Below, piece after piece: positions 14,303 through 28,311 of a DNA stretch of 64,000 nucleotides. Both the position numbers and the translations under genes were made by a program. Under the pieces are notes generated by a model. The model searched no databases. It was given only the letters and a program-made list of their open reading frames with translations, and was not told the DNA's origin. Positions within the stretch are counted from its first letter, which is position 1, and the number at the start of each line of letters is the position of its first letter. Source of the stretch: Eledone cirrhosa (lineage: Eukaryota); NCBI GenBank assembly GCA_964016885.1, contig OZ024742.1, positions 255,378,001 to 255,442,000 on the forward strand. Direction: 5' to 3'.

Positions 14303-16068
14303 AAACCCCGAAAAATTAAATGTATTTAAACAATCAAATGATATGCATACTCATCAAAAGATCATGTTAACAGTTTATATGTTTATGTAGAACCCTTAAT
14401 CCAAAATTAATTATATCGTAAATAAATAAAAATTATTAGAAGGTTTTATAATCTGTTATAGTATCGTTTTACGCACTCAGTTGATAATAAACGTCAAAAT
14501 CAAAACTTATTTATTCAATGTTTTTTTCAATGTTTTTTCCTGACTTTTTGTGAGGATTGGAATGTAGAAGAAGCTTTATGTAAGCAATTTGAGAATAATT
14601 CACTTTTTTTGTTAATTAAATTATCATAATTAGTAATTATTAATAGGGTCTCCATAGTACAGATTGCAGTTAGGTGATATTGAAGAATTCAAGTAGATTT
14701 GACAATTACACAGCTTTGACCAAGAAATGGAGTATTTTAAATTTTTGTCTTTTAATGACCATATAAGTTGTGATAAAGAGGTCGAAAGTTTCCTATTAGG
14801 ATTCGAGAAATAATATTTGTGATTCGAAAATCTTAATTTAAATGTCGATGAAGTTGCACCAATATAGTTGTATGTGATGTTATTTGCTTTTACGGTGCAT
14901 TTATAGACCAGATTGCTATCCAGACAATTATTTTGCAGAGGGCAATTTGATCTATTTCTACAATTACATTTCGATTTATTTTTATTATGATAAATTGAAC
15001 AATTGACATTAACATTGCTAGTACTTGGAAGTGTTCTATTGATAGTGCTTAAATTAATGTTATTGTTATTCCCAGTATTAATATTGTTAGTGTTAATATA
15101 TTCAATATCCCTAATTGTTTGTTGGTTATGATTTAGAATTCTACTATTTATTTTTGCAATGTTCTGGGCCATATTCATAGTTGTAGAATAAGAAAGCTTA
15201 ATTGTGTGTCTGTTGAATATGGAACGGTATTTATGTTTTTTTGGAAAACATTTATCTAAAGCTTTAAAGAATAGATTTGCCAGTGGTGTTTTGTTTGCTA
15301 CAGACGCGGGAGGAGCAAACCATATAACTGATTTAGTTCTGATTTTTTCCCCCAATTTATTCACGGTATTGGTGTTTGTATTTATATTTAAATAATTTTC
15401 AGAATCTAGTTTATTTATGTTAGTCTTATTTTTACCCGGATTATAATTCAAATTAGTAATATCTATATATTCAATATTATTTTTATAACCTGCCTTACGT
15501 AGCGCGTCATTATAGTATCCTGCTTTTTCATCAAATATGGATGTATTAGCGGATATTCTAGTTATGCATTTCTGTACACTATTGACTATTGTATTTTTCC
15601 CGGATTTAGGGTGATTAGAATAATAGCTAACATAATTTAAGTTTTCATTGGGCTTATGGAAAGGGTAATAAAATCCTGAGTTTAAGTTAAGGGTGATTAA
15701 GGAAATTAACGTCAAGGAAATTAACTATGTTTGTACTACTTTCAACTTCTAATTTAAGGTCGTAATTTTTAAAGAATTCAATTATAGTTTTCTTAACGCT
15801 ATTTAGTTCTGTAGTGCTATGCTTGACAACTGTAAATAAAATATCGTCCCTATATAAACCACCGGTAAACTCCGGCAGTTTTCTATTTACCATATTTAGG
15901 ATAAAAATACCAAGAAGATCGGTAACCTGCGCAGAGTCCGATGATCCCATGGTAATGTTAAAGTTTGTATTCCTATCTGAACGGGTCCAATACTCATTGT
16001 TAAAATTAATTAGAGTTCTTCTAGCAGTTAATATGATATTGATTTCATCTGCAGTTAGATCTGTATAT

Positions 16069-16155
<87 letters not shown>

Positions 16156-16158
<3 letters not shown>

Positions 16159-16475
16159 TGTTATACTTTGGGAGGGTCATGTTGCCAATAAGAAACATAC
16201 GCACCAGTTGCTTTCACTCCAATTTATTATACATTAAATTATAAATTTCCGGTTGGTTGGTTGGTTCCACAACCGGACGGTTGTTCATATATTGTCAAAG
16301 TTCTTTCGTCACACATTCTGTGACCTTTTCAGTGACTGGGGATTCTTTTCTTTGGAGTGAAAGCATCTGGTGCGTGTGTTTCTTATTGGCAACATGACCC
16401 TCCCAAAGTATAATAATTTCGGTTTCAACACACGACGTTTTCAGATAAAGAATCTTGCTAAACAAATTCAGAAAC

Positions 16476-16478
<3 letters not shown>
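16156..16478. mobile_element. pLTR-like fragment with ~65-bp inverted arms and a degenerate HHR (16294-16336, - strand)
   Basis: Arms 16156-16222 and 16352-16417; GTCA-CTGAAAA-GGTCACA..TGTGAC-GAAA-GAAC-TT/TGAC; homologous to 51065-51140. Confidence 0.65.
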
Positions 16479-16533
<55 letters not shown>

Positions 16534-16544
16534 TATAGTAATAA

Positions 16545-16730
16545 TTGTTTCTACTTTTGGCACAAGGCCAGCAATTATCCAGTACATTACTGGTACTTTA
16601 TTTTATCGACCCCGTAAGGATGAAAGGCAAAGTTAACCTCGGCGGGATTTGAACTCAGAATGGCAAGGGCCGTAACTCTATGCGTCAAAGCATGGCGTCC
16701 AACCCTCTACCGATACTGCCAATTCACCAA
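16545..16730 (-). mobile_element. tRNA-derived SINE (same family as 4280)
   Basis: Reverse-complement match to 4280-4452 and 40962-41142. Confidence 0.9.
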
Positions 16731-17017
16731 CAATATTTATACTTATATATGTTTAATATAAAATTGTGCTTGTACCTCTTGCACCTTCCACCTGTGCTCC
16801 TTGTAATTATGTTCTCTGAAGCATTTAACTCCCGATTCTCTACACGATGTCTAGGACACTAAAAACACTTATGTATCTACCTGAATGTTCTGAAGACTAG
16901 AATTTTAATCACCTGTTTAGACATTCCCTATGCTCCGATGAATCCAGACATCTCTCTGGAAGAAACAATTGTCAGCAAATAAATGTATTAAACTAAGATT
17001 TGATTGTTTTAACACTT

Positions 17018-17110
<93 letters not shown>

Positions 17111-17124
17111 GTGTATATATATAT

Positions 17125-17246
17125 ATATATAAATGATTTCTACAGGACTAGAAATGTTTCATTCGTATGAAATGATCAGGAAAGACTTTCCTGATCATTT
17201 TAAACGAATGAAACATTTCTAGTCATGTAGAAGTCATTTCTATATA
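17125..17246. repeat. Fold-back hairpin of an HHR-bearing pLTR family (relatives at 24530-24598 and 52330-52435)
   Basis: Centre at 17185; right arm TTC-CTGATCA-TTTTAAACGAAT-GAAA-CAT..ATG-TA/GAAGTC. Confidence 0.8.
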
Positions 17247-17332
17247 AAATGTAGATACCTGTACTCTTCTAACGTATTGAATAGCTATTGTAACTGTGAT
17301 CCCCTCTCGATAGCCATCGAGAACCGACCCAT

Positions 17333-17703
17333 GTGAAACTCCAGCGTATACAGCTATGTCGGAGCTAAACATTTTAATTTTACTTTCAAGTTGAGCCATC
17401 GTACACAGCTCCATATGCAAATGAGGCTAATCAGCCTATCTACACAGGCGATGAAACTATATATTTTCGTCTAGTTCAAGTGCCAGTAGAGAGCAAGAGA
17501 AGCACTGTCCTGATGATGGCCAGAGCCTGAAATGTGCATAGATAGTTGACCCCGCTGCTTTAGCTGGAAGCCGCTAGATAACGTTTACCGCCAGCTAGGC
17601 TTTCCAAATATTTATTTATTAAACATACCGTATATAATTAGATATACGGAACTGAAACCCTGTTTTGTATACAGCTATGTTGGAGCTAAACAATTAAATT
17701 CTA
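17333..17703 (+). mobile_element. ORF-less 321-nt unit with terminal direct repeat and internal HHR (retrozyme-like or mini-PLE)
   Basis: GTATACAGCTATGTYGGAGCTAAACA at 17346 and 17667; HHR at 17505-17545. Confidence 0.6.
17505..17545 (+). ncRNA. Minimal type I hammerhead ribozyme
   Basis: CTGTC-CTGATGA-TGGC CAGA GCCT-GAAA-TGTGCA-TA/GATAG; 5-bp stem I with one G-U. Confidence 0.8.
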
Positions 17704-18224
17704 ACGAATAAATATTTAAACCCTACTTCGGTGTTAAGTGAATTTTTCTCACGTCCGTCAATAATACAAACATATATCGAAATGCATAGGCAGTGTTTCT
17801 TGGGAAATGTGATAAACGAGAATTAAAGTGGTTTTTACATAAACACTATAATGTGTTTTAGATAAATATAAACGCATTTAAATAAAGAGTCTTGTATCAT
17901 AAAATCAGGAGCGGTTTCAGTCGGTTTGGTATCAGTCATGTTAAAAATTGACGTATTAGACTTTCATAAAATCAGAGATAATAATATTGACAAAATATAC
18001 TTATAATTAACCCTGTTATACCATAAACGTTTGAAACAGGTCCTGGTTATATTATACAAATTACTTGGACGATTTTGAAATTAGAAATGTTGATATCTAA
18101 ACACAGAATCGCTATAGCGTTAAAAAAAGTGAGTAAAATAATCTTAGGGCGAGAAAATATGTGGCCAGCAACGACTAAAATGAATAGAACTGCGTATTTC
18201 TTTAGTTCTGGCAAGGTGCATTAC

Positions 18225-18800
18225 CTTTAAAGCATGGCTTGGATGCTGCAGGCTTTCTCTCCCAGCTCGAGCCGGTGTGGCTGGACCGAGGAGACGGCAA
18301 AAAGCCAGACTGTATAACCATCTTTCCGATCCCCGGTGGCAAACCCCTCGTCTAGGATGCCACTTGCAGCGACACTTCCTTCAGCCGCAACCTGGTGCAG
18401 TCTGCGACTAAACCAGGTTCTGCTGCACTTCGAGCTGAGGAGGGCAAACTCTCCAAGTACCAGTCGCTCAACTACAGGTTTACCCTTGGCAGAGAGACTT
18501 CTGGTGTCCTTGGCCCAATGACTACCTCCCTCCTCACCACCATAGGCGCTAAGCTGGCTAGCCGCAGGTGTGAACCTCGCGAGAAGGAACGGCTCTTCCG
18601 GCGCATCTCCCTTACCATCCTCCGGGGAAACGCCTTCTCTATTCTGTCCGCCGGGGCTGTGGGGCGGCCAGCACGTGGGACCCCATTTGCTCACAATACA
18701 GAAAGATGACGATGAGAGTTCGGCGATGACAGTGGGAGTTCGGCTCTTCCGTGTTCGGACACATTGCACCTGTCATGTGGATCGTGTGATAATTTACATC
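18225..18800 (+). mobile_element. CRE-like non-LTR retrotransposon, 3' fragment (restriction-like endonuclease), degenerate
   Basis: LEPVWLDRGDGKKPDCITIFP..GKPLV*DATCSDT..PGSAALRAEEGKLSKY..ETSGVLGP..LFRRISLTILRGNAFSIL. Confidence 0.8.
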
Positions 18801-20247
18801 AATTGGTAGTTGACCAAATAAGGAAACATATGTTAACTTTAGCGACTAAAGCTGGAAGTAAACAAATCTTACTATTTATCGAGGCGTTTGGATGATTAGA
18901 AATATTGAAATCCAAATACAGATTTGTTACAATGATAATATCTACTAGCCTCTATTTTCTATCGATCAGTGTATTTTACCCAATTTTCTAACGCTATTAT
19001 CATTGTAGCGAATCTGGTTTGGATATCAACATTTCAAATTACAAACCTATTTGTTTTAGAATGTTTATATTGAACTAAAATCTTCCATTATAATTTATGG
19101 AAAACATTTGTTAAGCTATGTTTCAAGCATCAGCTTAATAATAAGAAAGTTAGTTATATAACTAAATCCCTTGAATATTTTAAAAATGATTTTAAAATCA
19201 TTTGCAGTGACTTTAATAGAAATATGGTAACGAAAGAATTAAAAGAGAGAATGGTTGCGCAAAAATGACTAAATGAAGACAGCCTTTTGTTGAAAAATAA
19301 ACTAAATTAATTTAATTCATTTTGAATATATATTTTTTCATTTTGGTAGAAACTTGCAAAGAAGCAAACTAAAAAACAGCAATCAGGAAGAGAATAATAA
19401 ATATGTACTTTCATCTCATACATGCACTCACAGATATGTACAGAAATACACTATACATACACATTTACGTGCCTACATACTTACACACACGCATACATAT
19501 ATGCATACATACATATATACAAGCATATATACATATATTATCAAACAAAATACAAGCGAATGCAATTAATTATTAGATATGAAATGAAATGTGATGCTTT
19601 CGAAGCTGAAAAACATTTTAGAAATGTTAAAGGCTAAAATAAACTCTTCATATTTTTTATTTTCTTGAAAGAAAAAAATGAAAGAGGCAGACGTTATTAT
19701 GCTAGCATAAAATGGAAGAGGCAGACGATATTATACTGGTATAAAAATTTAGTAATGTTTAAAAGAAAATCGATGAATATTAATTCATTTTCAGTGAAGC
19801 GTTGATCTGTTCATGTGTATGCGAACCAGTAAGCTAGTATATATCTATGTGTGTAAGTGTGTGAATGTGGGTATGTACGCGTAACCCAGCCACACACTTA
19901 TATGTAGGTGTGTGTATATATATCTTTATACATATGTGTGTGTATATATACATATATAGTTATATATATGTATATATATAAATATATATAATATATATAT
20001 ATATTTATCTATACATACATACATATATATATATATATGTCTATATATATATGTATATATATATATATATATATACACATATATATATATATATATATAC
20101 ACACATATTTATCTATCTATCTATATATTTTCACTCTCTAAATATATATATATATATATAAATAAAAAGCAGAGCTAATAACTCATACTGATACCCTACA
20201 ATTAACAAGCTCAAAGTATAAATACTGAGCATTATATAATAATATAG

Positions 20248-20416
20248 TATCGGTAGAGGGTCGGACGCCATGCTTTCCAGCATAGTTACGTCCCTTTACG
20301 ATCTGAGTTCGAATCCGGCCGAGGTTGACTTTGCCTTTCATCCTTACGGGGTCGATAAATAAAGTACCAGTAATGTACTGGGTAATTGCTGGCCTTGTGC
20401 CTCAAGTAGAAACAAT
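20248..20416 (+). mobile_element. tRNA-derived SINE (4280 family)
   Basis: GAGTTCGAATCC B box plus GCCTTTCATCCTTACGGGGTCGATAAA. Confidence 0.9.
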
Positions 20417-20519
20417 TATATAATAATATATGTAGAAATAAACACAGTAAATTGTGTGTCTAAAATTTCGAGGGTTGAAATAGCACATTGGTTTGAGAAA
20501 CACACACACACACACACAT

Positions 20520-20554
<35 letters not shown>

Positions 20555-20846
20555 ACTTTGCAGACAACTACATCACTAGAAATCTTTAACCATACTCTGG
20601 CGTGCAATTTCGTGCATAAATACACGCACATAGACACACACACACACACACACACACATACATACACACGCACACGCACACACACACACATACACACTCA
20701 TATATATATATATATATATATATGCTAATTGGTAAAATTCCGACTGATGTGTAAGCTAAGGGGTGTGAACTTTGTACCAGCTCTGTACCTTAACATGTTT
20801 TGAGTACCACCCTGAACTGTACTCCTCGTTTTTCTAATGCGAACAC

Positions 20847-20885
<39 letters not shown>

Positions 20886-21017
20886 ATATATATATATATA
20901 TGTGTGTGTGTGTATATATATATATATGTGTGTGTGTGCGTATATATATATTGTATATATATATAATATATATATGTATATATATACTTACATTATATAT
21001 ATATATATACTTACATC

Positions 21018-21062
<45 letters not shown>

Positions 21063-21104
21063 GTATATATATTCTTACATCTATCTATATATATATACTT
21101 ACAT

Positions 21105-21153
<49 letters not shown>

Positions 21154-21494
21154 CACACATGTGTGTGTGTTTATGTGGCTGCTTGTTTGTGTCTGTGAGG
21201 ACATACAAAGTTGCATGCATATTTAGTGTGTGCGTATAATATATAAAACACATGAATATTCAGTTTAATATATAAACCATAACTATAGATATGTATGTAG
21301 AGAGTTAAGTGCGTTTGTACAAGAAACGACTACTGACAAAATCAACAAAGAGGACATAAGAAGAAAAATGTTGATAAACTCGATGTAAAAGAATTTATAA
21401 TCAAATTTAATTTAGTACCTCTTGGTATGGCGCCATTTCAACGTATTTATACAAATATGTTGTGAGACTTCCGTCAGTTACGACTACAAGTTGA

Positions 21495-21752
21495 CTGAAC
21501 AACAAAACAGCCTGCTCATGAAATTAACGTGTAATTGTCTGGAAATCTCAGGGAGATTCAGCGTGATGTAATGTGTCGTGTCATTAGGCTGCTCCTTTCA
21601 ATCACATTTATAATTCATTTCTTTCAGCTAACTAGATTGGAGCAGTTTAAAATGAAGTGTCATGTTCAAGGACACAACTTCCACCTGGAATCGATCTCAC
21701 AAACTTACGATCATGAGACAAACTTCTTAACCACAAAGATACGTACCTTCAC
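21495..21752 (-). mobile_element. Old SINE with CORE-like segment
   Basis: ATGAAGTGTCATGTTCAAGGACACAAC..GGAATCGATCTC resembles 1715-1810; body resembles the reverse complement of 30160-30300. Confidence 0.6.
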
Positions 21753-23539
21753 CATAGAAAAATAGATTGAAAGGTCTCCAGTGATTAATGTCCTGAAAAT
21801 AAAAAGAGAACAACAGTGTTCACATTTCCTGAAGCAATTATTAAGTATTATATTCTAGTTAATATTGTAGCAGCCGTACAGTAGCATAGCGGTCGTTCCT
21901 TAATAATCCGTTTCTTAGAGGTCAAACCTTAACGAAAAGCTGGAAGCTATTCGTAAGATTTGACAATTGTCTCTGTAGATGAGTTGAACTACTGCTCATC
22001 TCATCAGCCTTCATTTCCGTCTTCTTGCTATTGAAATACTTGTCGTCGTTATCGACATCATGACTACCTCAATTATAGTTAGCAATACAGCCGTCTTGTC
22101 TATATTCACTTTCTCCTTCAACACCGTTATGGTTATCGGTTTCCTCTTTACCATGATCTCATGTCTCGAATTACAGTGATATTTTTGCTAGGTTTTAGCT
22201 ATAAGAAGAGTTAAAGACAGGTTGTAAAGGTATAACTTCAGTAGTAGTTAATAGGATATCGGCTAAAACAAATTGAAAACATCCCTGCAAGCTAAATCAT
22301 CGAAACGAAAGTTTGATTAAAATATATAGATCCAGAAGACAGCAACAACTGACATACAGAGTAGCGAAAACATGCAAATTTCCGAAATAAAAATAGCGAA
22401 GACCATGAAAATGTAGGATAATAAACCAGAATTTAATTTAAAATTATCATCATTGCCTGACAGGAATAATCAAATATACGTACAACCATTTTAGTTGGCA
22501 AAACATTGCTCGAAGTATTTTGGACATTTTCATTTTCAAAGAAATCTTTCCTATATTATATATCGTCTATTATTGGTTCAAATTATTCATATGAAATAAG
22601 GTATGTTTAACCTTTCAGTTGGAGCCTGTGAGAAGGATATTTTAATGTAAGGAGACTTGAAAGTTTGGCAGTCAAAACACTCCTTTATTAGACATATACT
22701 ATATCTTTTTTCTTCTTTCGTTCGTCTTTATCTATATGTCTTAATAGTTGAAGTGTGGCTATTATCGCAACTGAGATCAGCAAGAATGTCTCCTACGGCC
22801 ACAGGCTTCAGATATAAATATGTGAAAGGTCTCTTTTTACCCGAAGCCAATTATACAGACACATGCAGTGGGAAATATTACACTGTGACTTTTACATAAC
22901 TTTCTTATTTGTTTTAGTTATTCCACAAATATTAGGAGGAAGTGGGTAATTTCAAGAGGGTAAACGTTGCTGCTGGGGGTGGGATATAAAGTTTATGGAA
23001 TGCACTTCCGTCGGTTTCGATGATGAGTATTCCAATTGACCAATCAATAGGATTTAACGTGTAAATGGCTGCGGCTGAGCAGTCTACAGACACGTATACC
23101 CTTAACGTAATTCTCAAGGAGATTCATTGCGACAGTGCGACAAGGCTGGCTTTGGAATTACAGGTACATATTTTGAATTACGGGTTTCCAAACGTCTACC
23201 CAATTTCACTCACAAGACATGGATCGATATGAGGTTAATATAACTGACACTTGAACACTGGATCACTTGATGACTTGATCGCGGTATCACTGGATCAATT
23301 GATCACTCAATCACTTGATCAGTGGAATATTTGATCACTTGTTCAATTGGTTATTTGATCACTTAATGATGTAAATACCATCTAATTGAAAACGTTCGGT
23401 TCTGCTCTCTACGCTCTGAGTTCAAATCCCGCCGAAGTCATGTTTATTTTTTAATCCTTCAAGGTCAATAAAGTACCAGCCCACTACAGGTGTCAATTCC
23501 CCCTCTATCTCTATTTCTCATTTACTCTATCTCCCCGAT

Positions 23540-24092
23540 AACAACACCACCACCACAATCACAACGACGACGACGACCACCACCATCACTACCACCACCA
23601 CCACCACCACCACCACCACCACCACCACCATCACTACCACCACCCACCACCACCATCACTACTACTACCACCACCAACATCACTACCACCAAAAACACCA
23701 CCTTAATATTATGACCACCACGACAACGATGACCACTATCATCAACCTCCCCCTAACAACACAAGGACAACAACACCACTACCACTATCTGCCCACTTTT
23801 ATCTTCCCACCATCCATCATCTCCGCTACCAAATAAAACGACTTCAACATCCCTACTACAAGCACTGTAACCCCCAAATCCCTCCCATCACAATCACCCC
23901 AGCCTCCGGCTCCACCACCATCACCACTAACACCACGTCCACCACCATCACCACTAACACCACCACCACCACCATCACCACCACAACCATCACCTCCACC
24001 ACCATCACCACAATCACTACCACCGCCATCATCACCGCCACCAGGACAACCGCAACCACCACTATCGCTATTAATACAAACCACAACAACCA
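23540..24092. repeat. (ACC)n-rich low-complexity tract
   Basis: Direct reading. Confidence 0.95.
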
Positions 24093-24460
24093 CAAAAAAA
24101 CCTAATAAACGAGAAAATAAATAAACCGCATCTCATTCGAACTTTAAAATTCATAGACACAAAAATACTTAATGAACAAGAAAATTGGCGAATTTTTTAA
24201 TCAGACAGAAAGAAATTCCTGTCAGATTTATTTCGCTAAAGATTCTAGTAATTGTCTGCTATATTAATTAATTAAACAATTTGTATTCTTTCAACGAAAT
24301 TTCTTAACGACGAAACCCCAAGATCGAAGAAAAAAGAAAAAAAAGACACACGAACGACACCAGAGAAAAACAACAACACAAATTCAAACAAAAAGACAAA
24401 AAGAATCAAACGAATGTAAATCGAAACAACAGAATCAGACCTATGAGGTGAACACACACA

Positions 24461-24528
<68 letters not shown>

Positions 24529-25124
24529 ATATAGAAATGGCTTCTACAGGACTAGAACTGTTTCATTCGGGAGAAATCATCAGGGCTTCCTGATGATTAT
24601 TTTAAATAACTAGAATATTTCCCCATACGCTTGTGCGTGTGTGTATTTGTGTGCGTGTGTGTATGGTGTGTGTGTATGTGCATATCATACATTTATATGT
24701 ATGGGTCTTACAAAAATACACTCACAGATATACATTCACACAAACACACACACATACATTTACACAAACACATACATTCACACACAGTGTAGTTTTTTCA
24801 GTTTCCCCTTCCTTCCTTTTACACACATACATTCACGCAGGCAGCAGGCGTAAAGAGAGAGGAATAGTATGAGGTAGTCAAACTATTCATCTCTCTTTAC
24901 GTTTTGTGACAGAAGCGCAGAAATTTATATGTAGATATTTATAATATTTTTAACGTCGCGAAATCCAGCATTACAACTATCAGGCTAAGTAATAAACTAA
25001 AGGATCATTACTGTTGGAAAGTATATTCAAAGCAAAGAACAAAGAAAGACCTTCAAACAACTGATAACTATAAAACCTTCACAGTAACTAAGTGTAATCA
25101 CACTCACCATGGTACATGTCAATT

Positions 25125-25438
25125 AATACATGGTTTGGCATGGTATGGTCCCACAACTCCTGATAGAGTCATAGGGATGCCGTATTTACATACGGCGTTT
25201 CATCGGCATTTTAAGGTTGGCGGAGCCTATGCCTCTCCGGATCTGAGTACAGCAGATTTCTTCCAGAAAGAGGAAGAATCGTCTCCTGTACTAGACTGGT
25301 ACCTTTTTTTTATCAGCCTCGAAAGGATAAAAGGCAAAGTTGACCTCGACAGGATTTGAGTTCAGAGAGCAAAGACCTGGAACGAATACCATAAAGCATT
25401 CTATCCGACGTTCTAACGACTCTGCCAATTCGCCGCCT
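25125..25438 (-). mobile_element. tRNA-derived SINE, long-tailed subfamily
   Basis: Reverse-complement match to 26850-27130 and 48666-48985. Confidence 0.85.
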
Positions 25439-26211
25439 ATTTATACCAACGCAAATCCTAGAAGAAAAATATTTACAAATAAAAATATGAACTTCACTGT
25501 GTCAAATACCCGAATGGTGAAGAGGAATACATTGGTCACAAGAGAAGCCTACCATTAAAACATCAACATCGTCAACAAATTAGAGATCCTAATGTCATAG
25601 AGATCCTATTAAGTAGTCATTTAGTAACGTGGCAATAAAAAAAAAAATAAATATTTGTCCCACTTTATAAACTTCACGACACAAGGAATTTTATTTTAAA
25701 GTCCAAACCTGTTTTGAATGGACAATGATATTGTTTCTATTTGATTTAGTTTGATTTAGCTTAATTTAATTCAGTTTAGGTTAACTTGATGTATTTTGTA
25801 ATTCGCATTAACTGATGCTATCTCTGTTTCACCTATGTATAACATCCAAAAATATAAAAATATAAAATATAAAAATGCTTAATAGTTTCCCCACCTTTAA
25901 CTACACTAATGTCGCCTAGATGTCGACGCCATATTAGTATTCACAGAGATATCGTGGCCATATTAACATTCACCTGAAAATTGTCCCAGATGACACGAAA
26001 GTATTTGCGAAAATAAGAAAAAATAGAATGTGAAAATAGCACTCTGTTGAAATTTGATTGACTAATGTATTATCTATGCATGGTGCGCCACCACGGCCAC
26101 AGACAGATGACTGAAGTCAGTAAAAGAATAAGGAATTCTAAAAACTATAATACACACACACACACACACACACAGACACACACACAGACACACACACACA
26201 TATATATATAT

Positions 26212-26244
<33 letters not shown>

Positions 26245-26675
26245 GCGACCGACACGTTGTGTTCTTCAGCAAACCGCTATATTTTACGTTGCTCCATTCG
26301 ACTCAACTGGCAAAAATGTATATGTATATATTGAGTACAGAAATAATTGATATTGCGTAAGATGTTTATATAAATATACGCAATGTGTAAATTTACACAT
26401 TGCGTATATTCCCATGTTCACATACAATGTTGTGAACTTTCCTGTAACTTACAAAAAAGATAAATATTTTGATTCTTTTAATATTTGCTGGGGTACTCAG
26501 AAGATATATATATATATATCATCTAAACAAGGTAACACAACGTATATATGCTATTATTTACAGTAATATCACGAAAATGGATGTGCTAATTTACATATTA
26601 TTAACGCTTATGTTCGTAGATAATTTTGATATAAATTAAGTTATGAGTTAAGCAGCCTAAGTATGCGATACATTT

Positions 26676-26835
<160 letters not shown>

Positions 26836-26849
26836 TATATACATACAGT

Positions 26850-27135
26850 GTAGGCAGCGAATTGGCAGAGTCGTTAGAACGTCGGATAGAATGCTTTATG
26901 GTGTTCTTTCCTGATCTCTGCTCTCTGAGTTCAAATCCTGCCGAGGTGAACGTTGCCTTTCATCCTTAAAAAAGAAGTAGCAGTATAGTAATGGGGTTGA
27001 TTTATCCTCTCTCTGGAAGAAATCTTCTGAAATCAGGCCTGGAGAGAGAAGGCCTCCGCCATCCTTAACATGCCGAAGAAACGCCATATGTCAATACGGC
27101 GCCTCTACGATTCTATCAGCAGTTACGCAACCATA
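26850..27135 (+). mobile_element. tRNA-derived SINE, long-tailed subfamily
   Basis: GGCAGCGAATTGGCAGAGTCGTTAG A box, GAGTTCAAATCC B box, GCCTTTCATCC, tail CTCTGGAAGAAATC..GGCCTGGAGA. Confidence 0.85.
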
Positions 27136-27142
27136 CACACAG

Positions 27143-27181
<39 letters not shown>

Positions 27182-28311
27182 CACTGTAGAGGTAACCGTG
27201 ATTCAGTAAATGTGTTTATAAATTTACATTGAGTGCATTGACATGTAAACAATGTCAAATGTAACGTATTTTCCTGTAAATTGAACAAAAATATCATAAA
27301 CATTTGAACCGATTTGCGAACACTTTTGTATCTTTATCTGAAGATATATGTCTATTATCTAAACAAGAAAGAAATTCATTGTATACTTTGGCTGCTTAGC
27401 GCACAAGTGAATTTAAAAGTTTTTCTGTGTTTTTGGAATGGATAGAATAGAATTAGAAATTGTTTGAAGCCAATTATTATATCCAGACAATTATTGAAAT
27501 CTTTAGCGAAATAAATCTGATAGGAATTTACATTTTGTCTGATTAGAACCTCACATAATGATCTCTTGTTGTCGTGTATGTATGTATATATGATGTATGT
27601 ATGTATATCTATATCTATATCTATATGTATATATGTATATGAATGTGAGTGTGTACGTGCCTATGTATGTATGTATGTATGTATGTATGTATGTATGTAT
27701 GTATGTATGTATGTATGTATGTATGTATGTATGTATGTTTGTGAGTGTATGTATGTATGTGTATGTATGTATGTATGTATGTATGTATGTATGTATGTAT
27801 GTATGTGTGTATGCATGTATGTATGTTTGTTTGTATGTATGTATATATATGTGAAAGTGAGAGTACGTATCATCTATGTATGTGTGTGTATGTATGTTTT
27901 TGAGTGTATATGTGTATGAGTGTGTGTATGCAAGTATGTAAGAATGTATGTATGTATGTACGTAGTCTATTTCTCATAATTTCAAGTTTATTTTTGTCTC
28001 GCCATCTTCCCCGTGGCAAGGTAAAGATAAAGAAATGTTCGTCGTCTCTTGTGCAATCGTTCATATTTTGAATCTTAAAGATGTTTTACAGATTTTGAAA
28101 GTTTCCGATATGGTAACCATTTGTAGTTTGTGAATTAAGGAGATGGGTTCTTCACAAATCCTGGTCCAGACAGGTTGGCAAATATTATACTATGACTCCA
28201 ATAATGGTAGATATAAAACTTAAAGTGTATTTTTGGTACTCGGTCTGAAATCTACTCATCAATGGTGAGTAGACATCCTATATATGTATGTACGTACGTA
28301 TGTATGTATGT

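Larger units (their letters stand above)
12370..16065 (-). mobile_element. 5'-truncated Penelope-like retroelement (RT C-half, Cys linker, GIY-YIG, long AT-rich 3' region ending in an HHR)
   Basis: ITMGSSDSAQVTDLLG..GGLYRDD..VNFLDV; frameshift near 15700; CNCRNRSNCPLQNNCL..LVYKCTV..YIGATSSTFKLRFSNHK; flanked by (TA)n. Confidence 0.92.

Noticed and set aside
23490-24095. Pro-rich, Gly-rich or Val-rich ORFs
   Set aside because: Translations of an (ACC)n low-complexity tract with no splice or homology support
27355-27380. CTGAAGA..CTAAACAAG motif near 27339-27367 (similar at 26498-26530) as an HHR
   Set aside because: GAAA is absent at the expected place and I could not identify stem I; at most a very decayed relic
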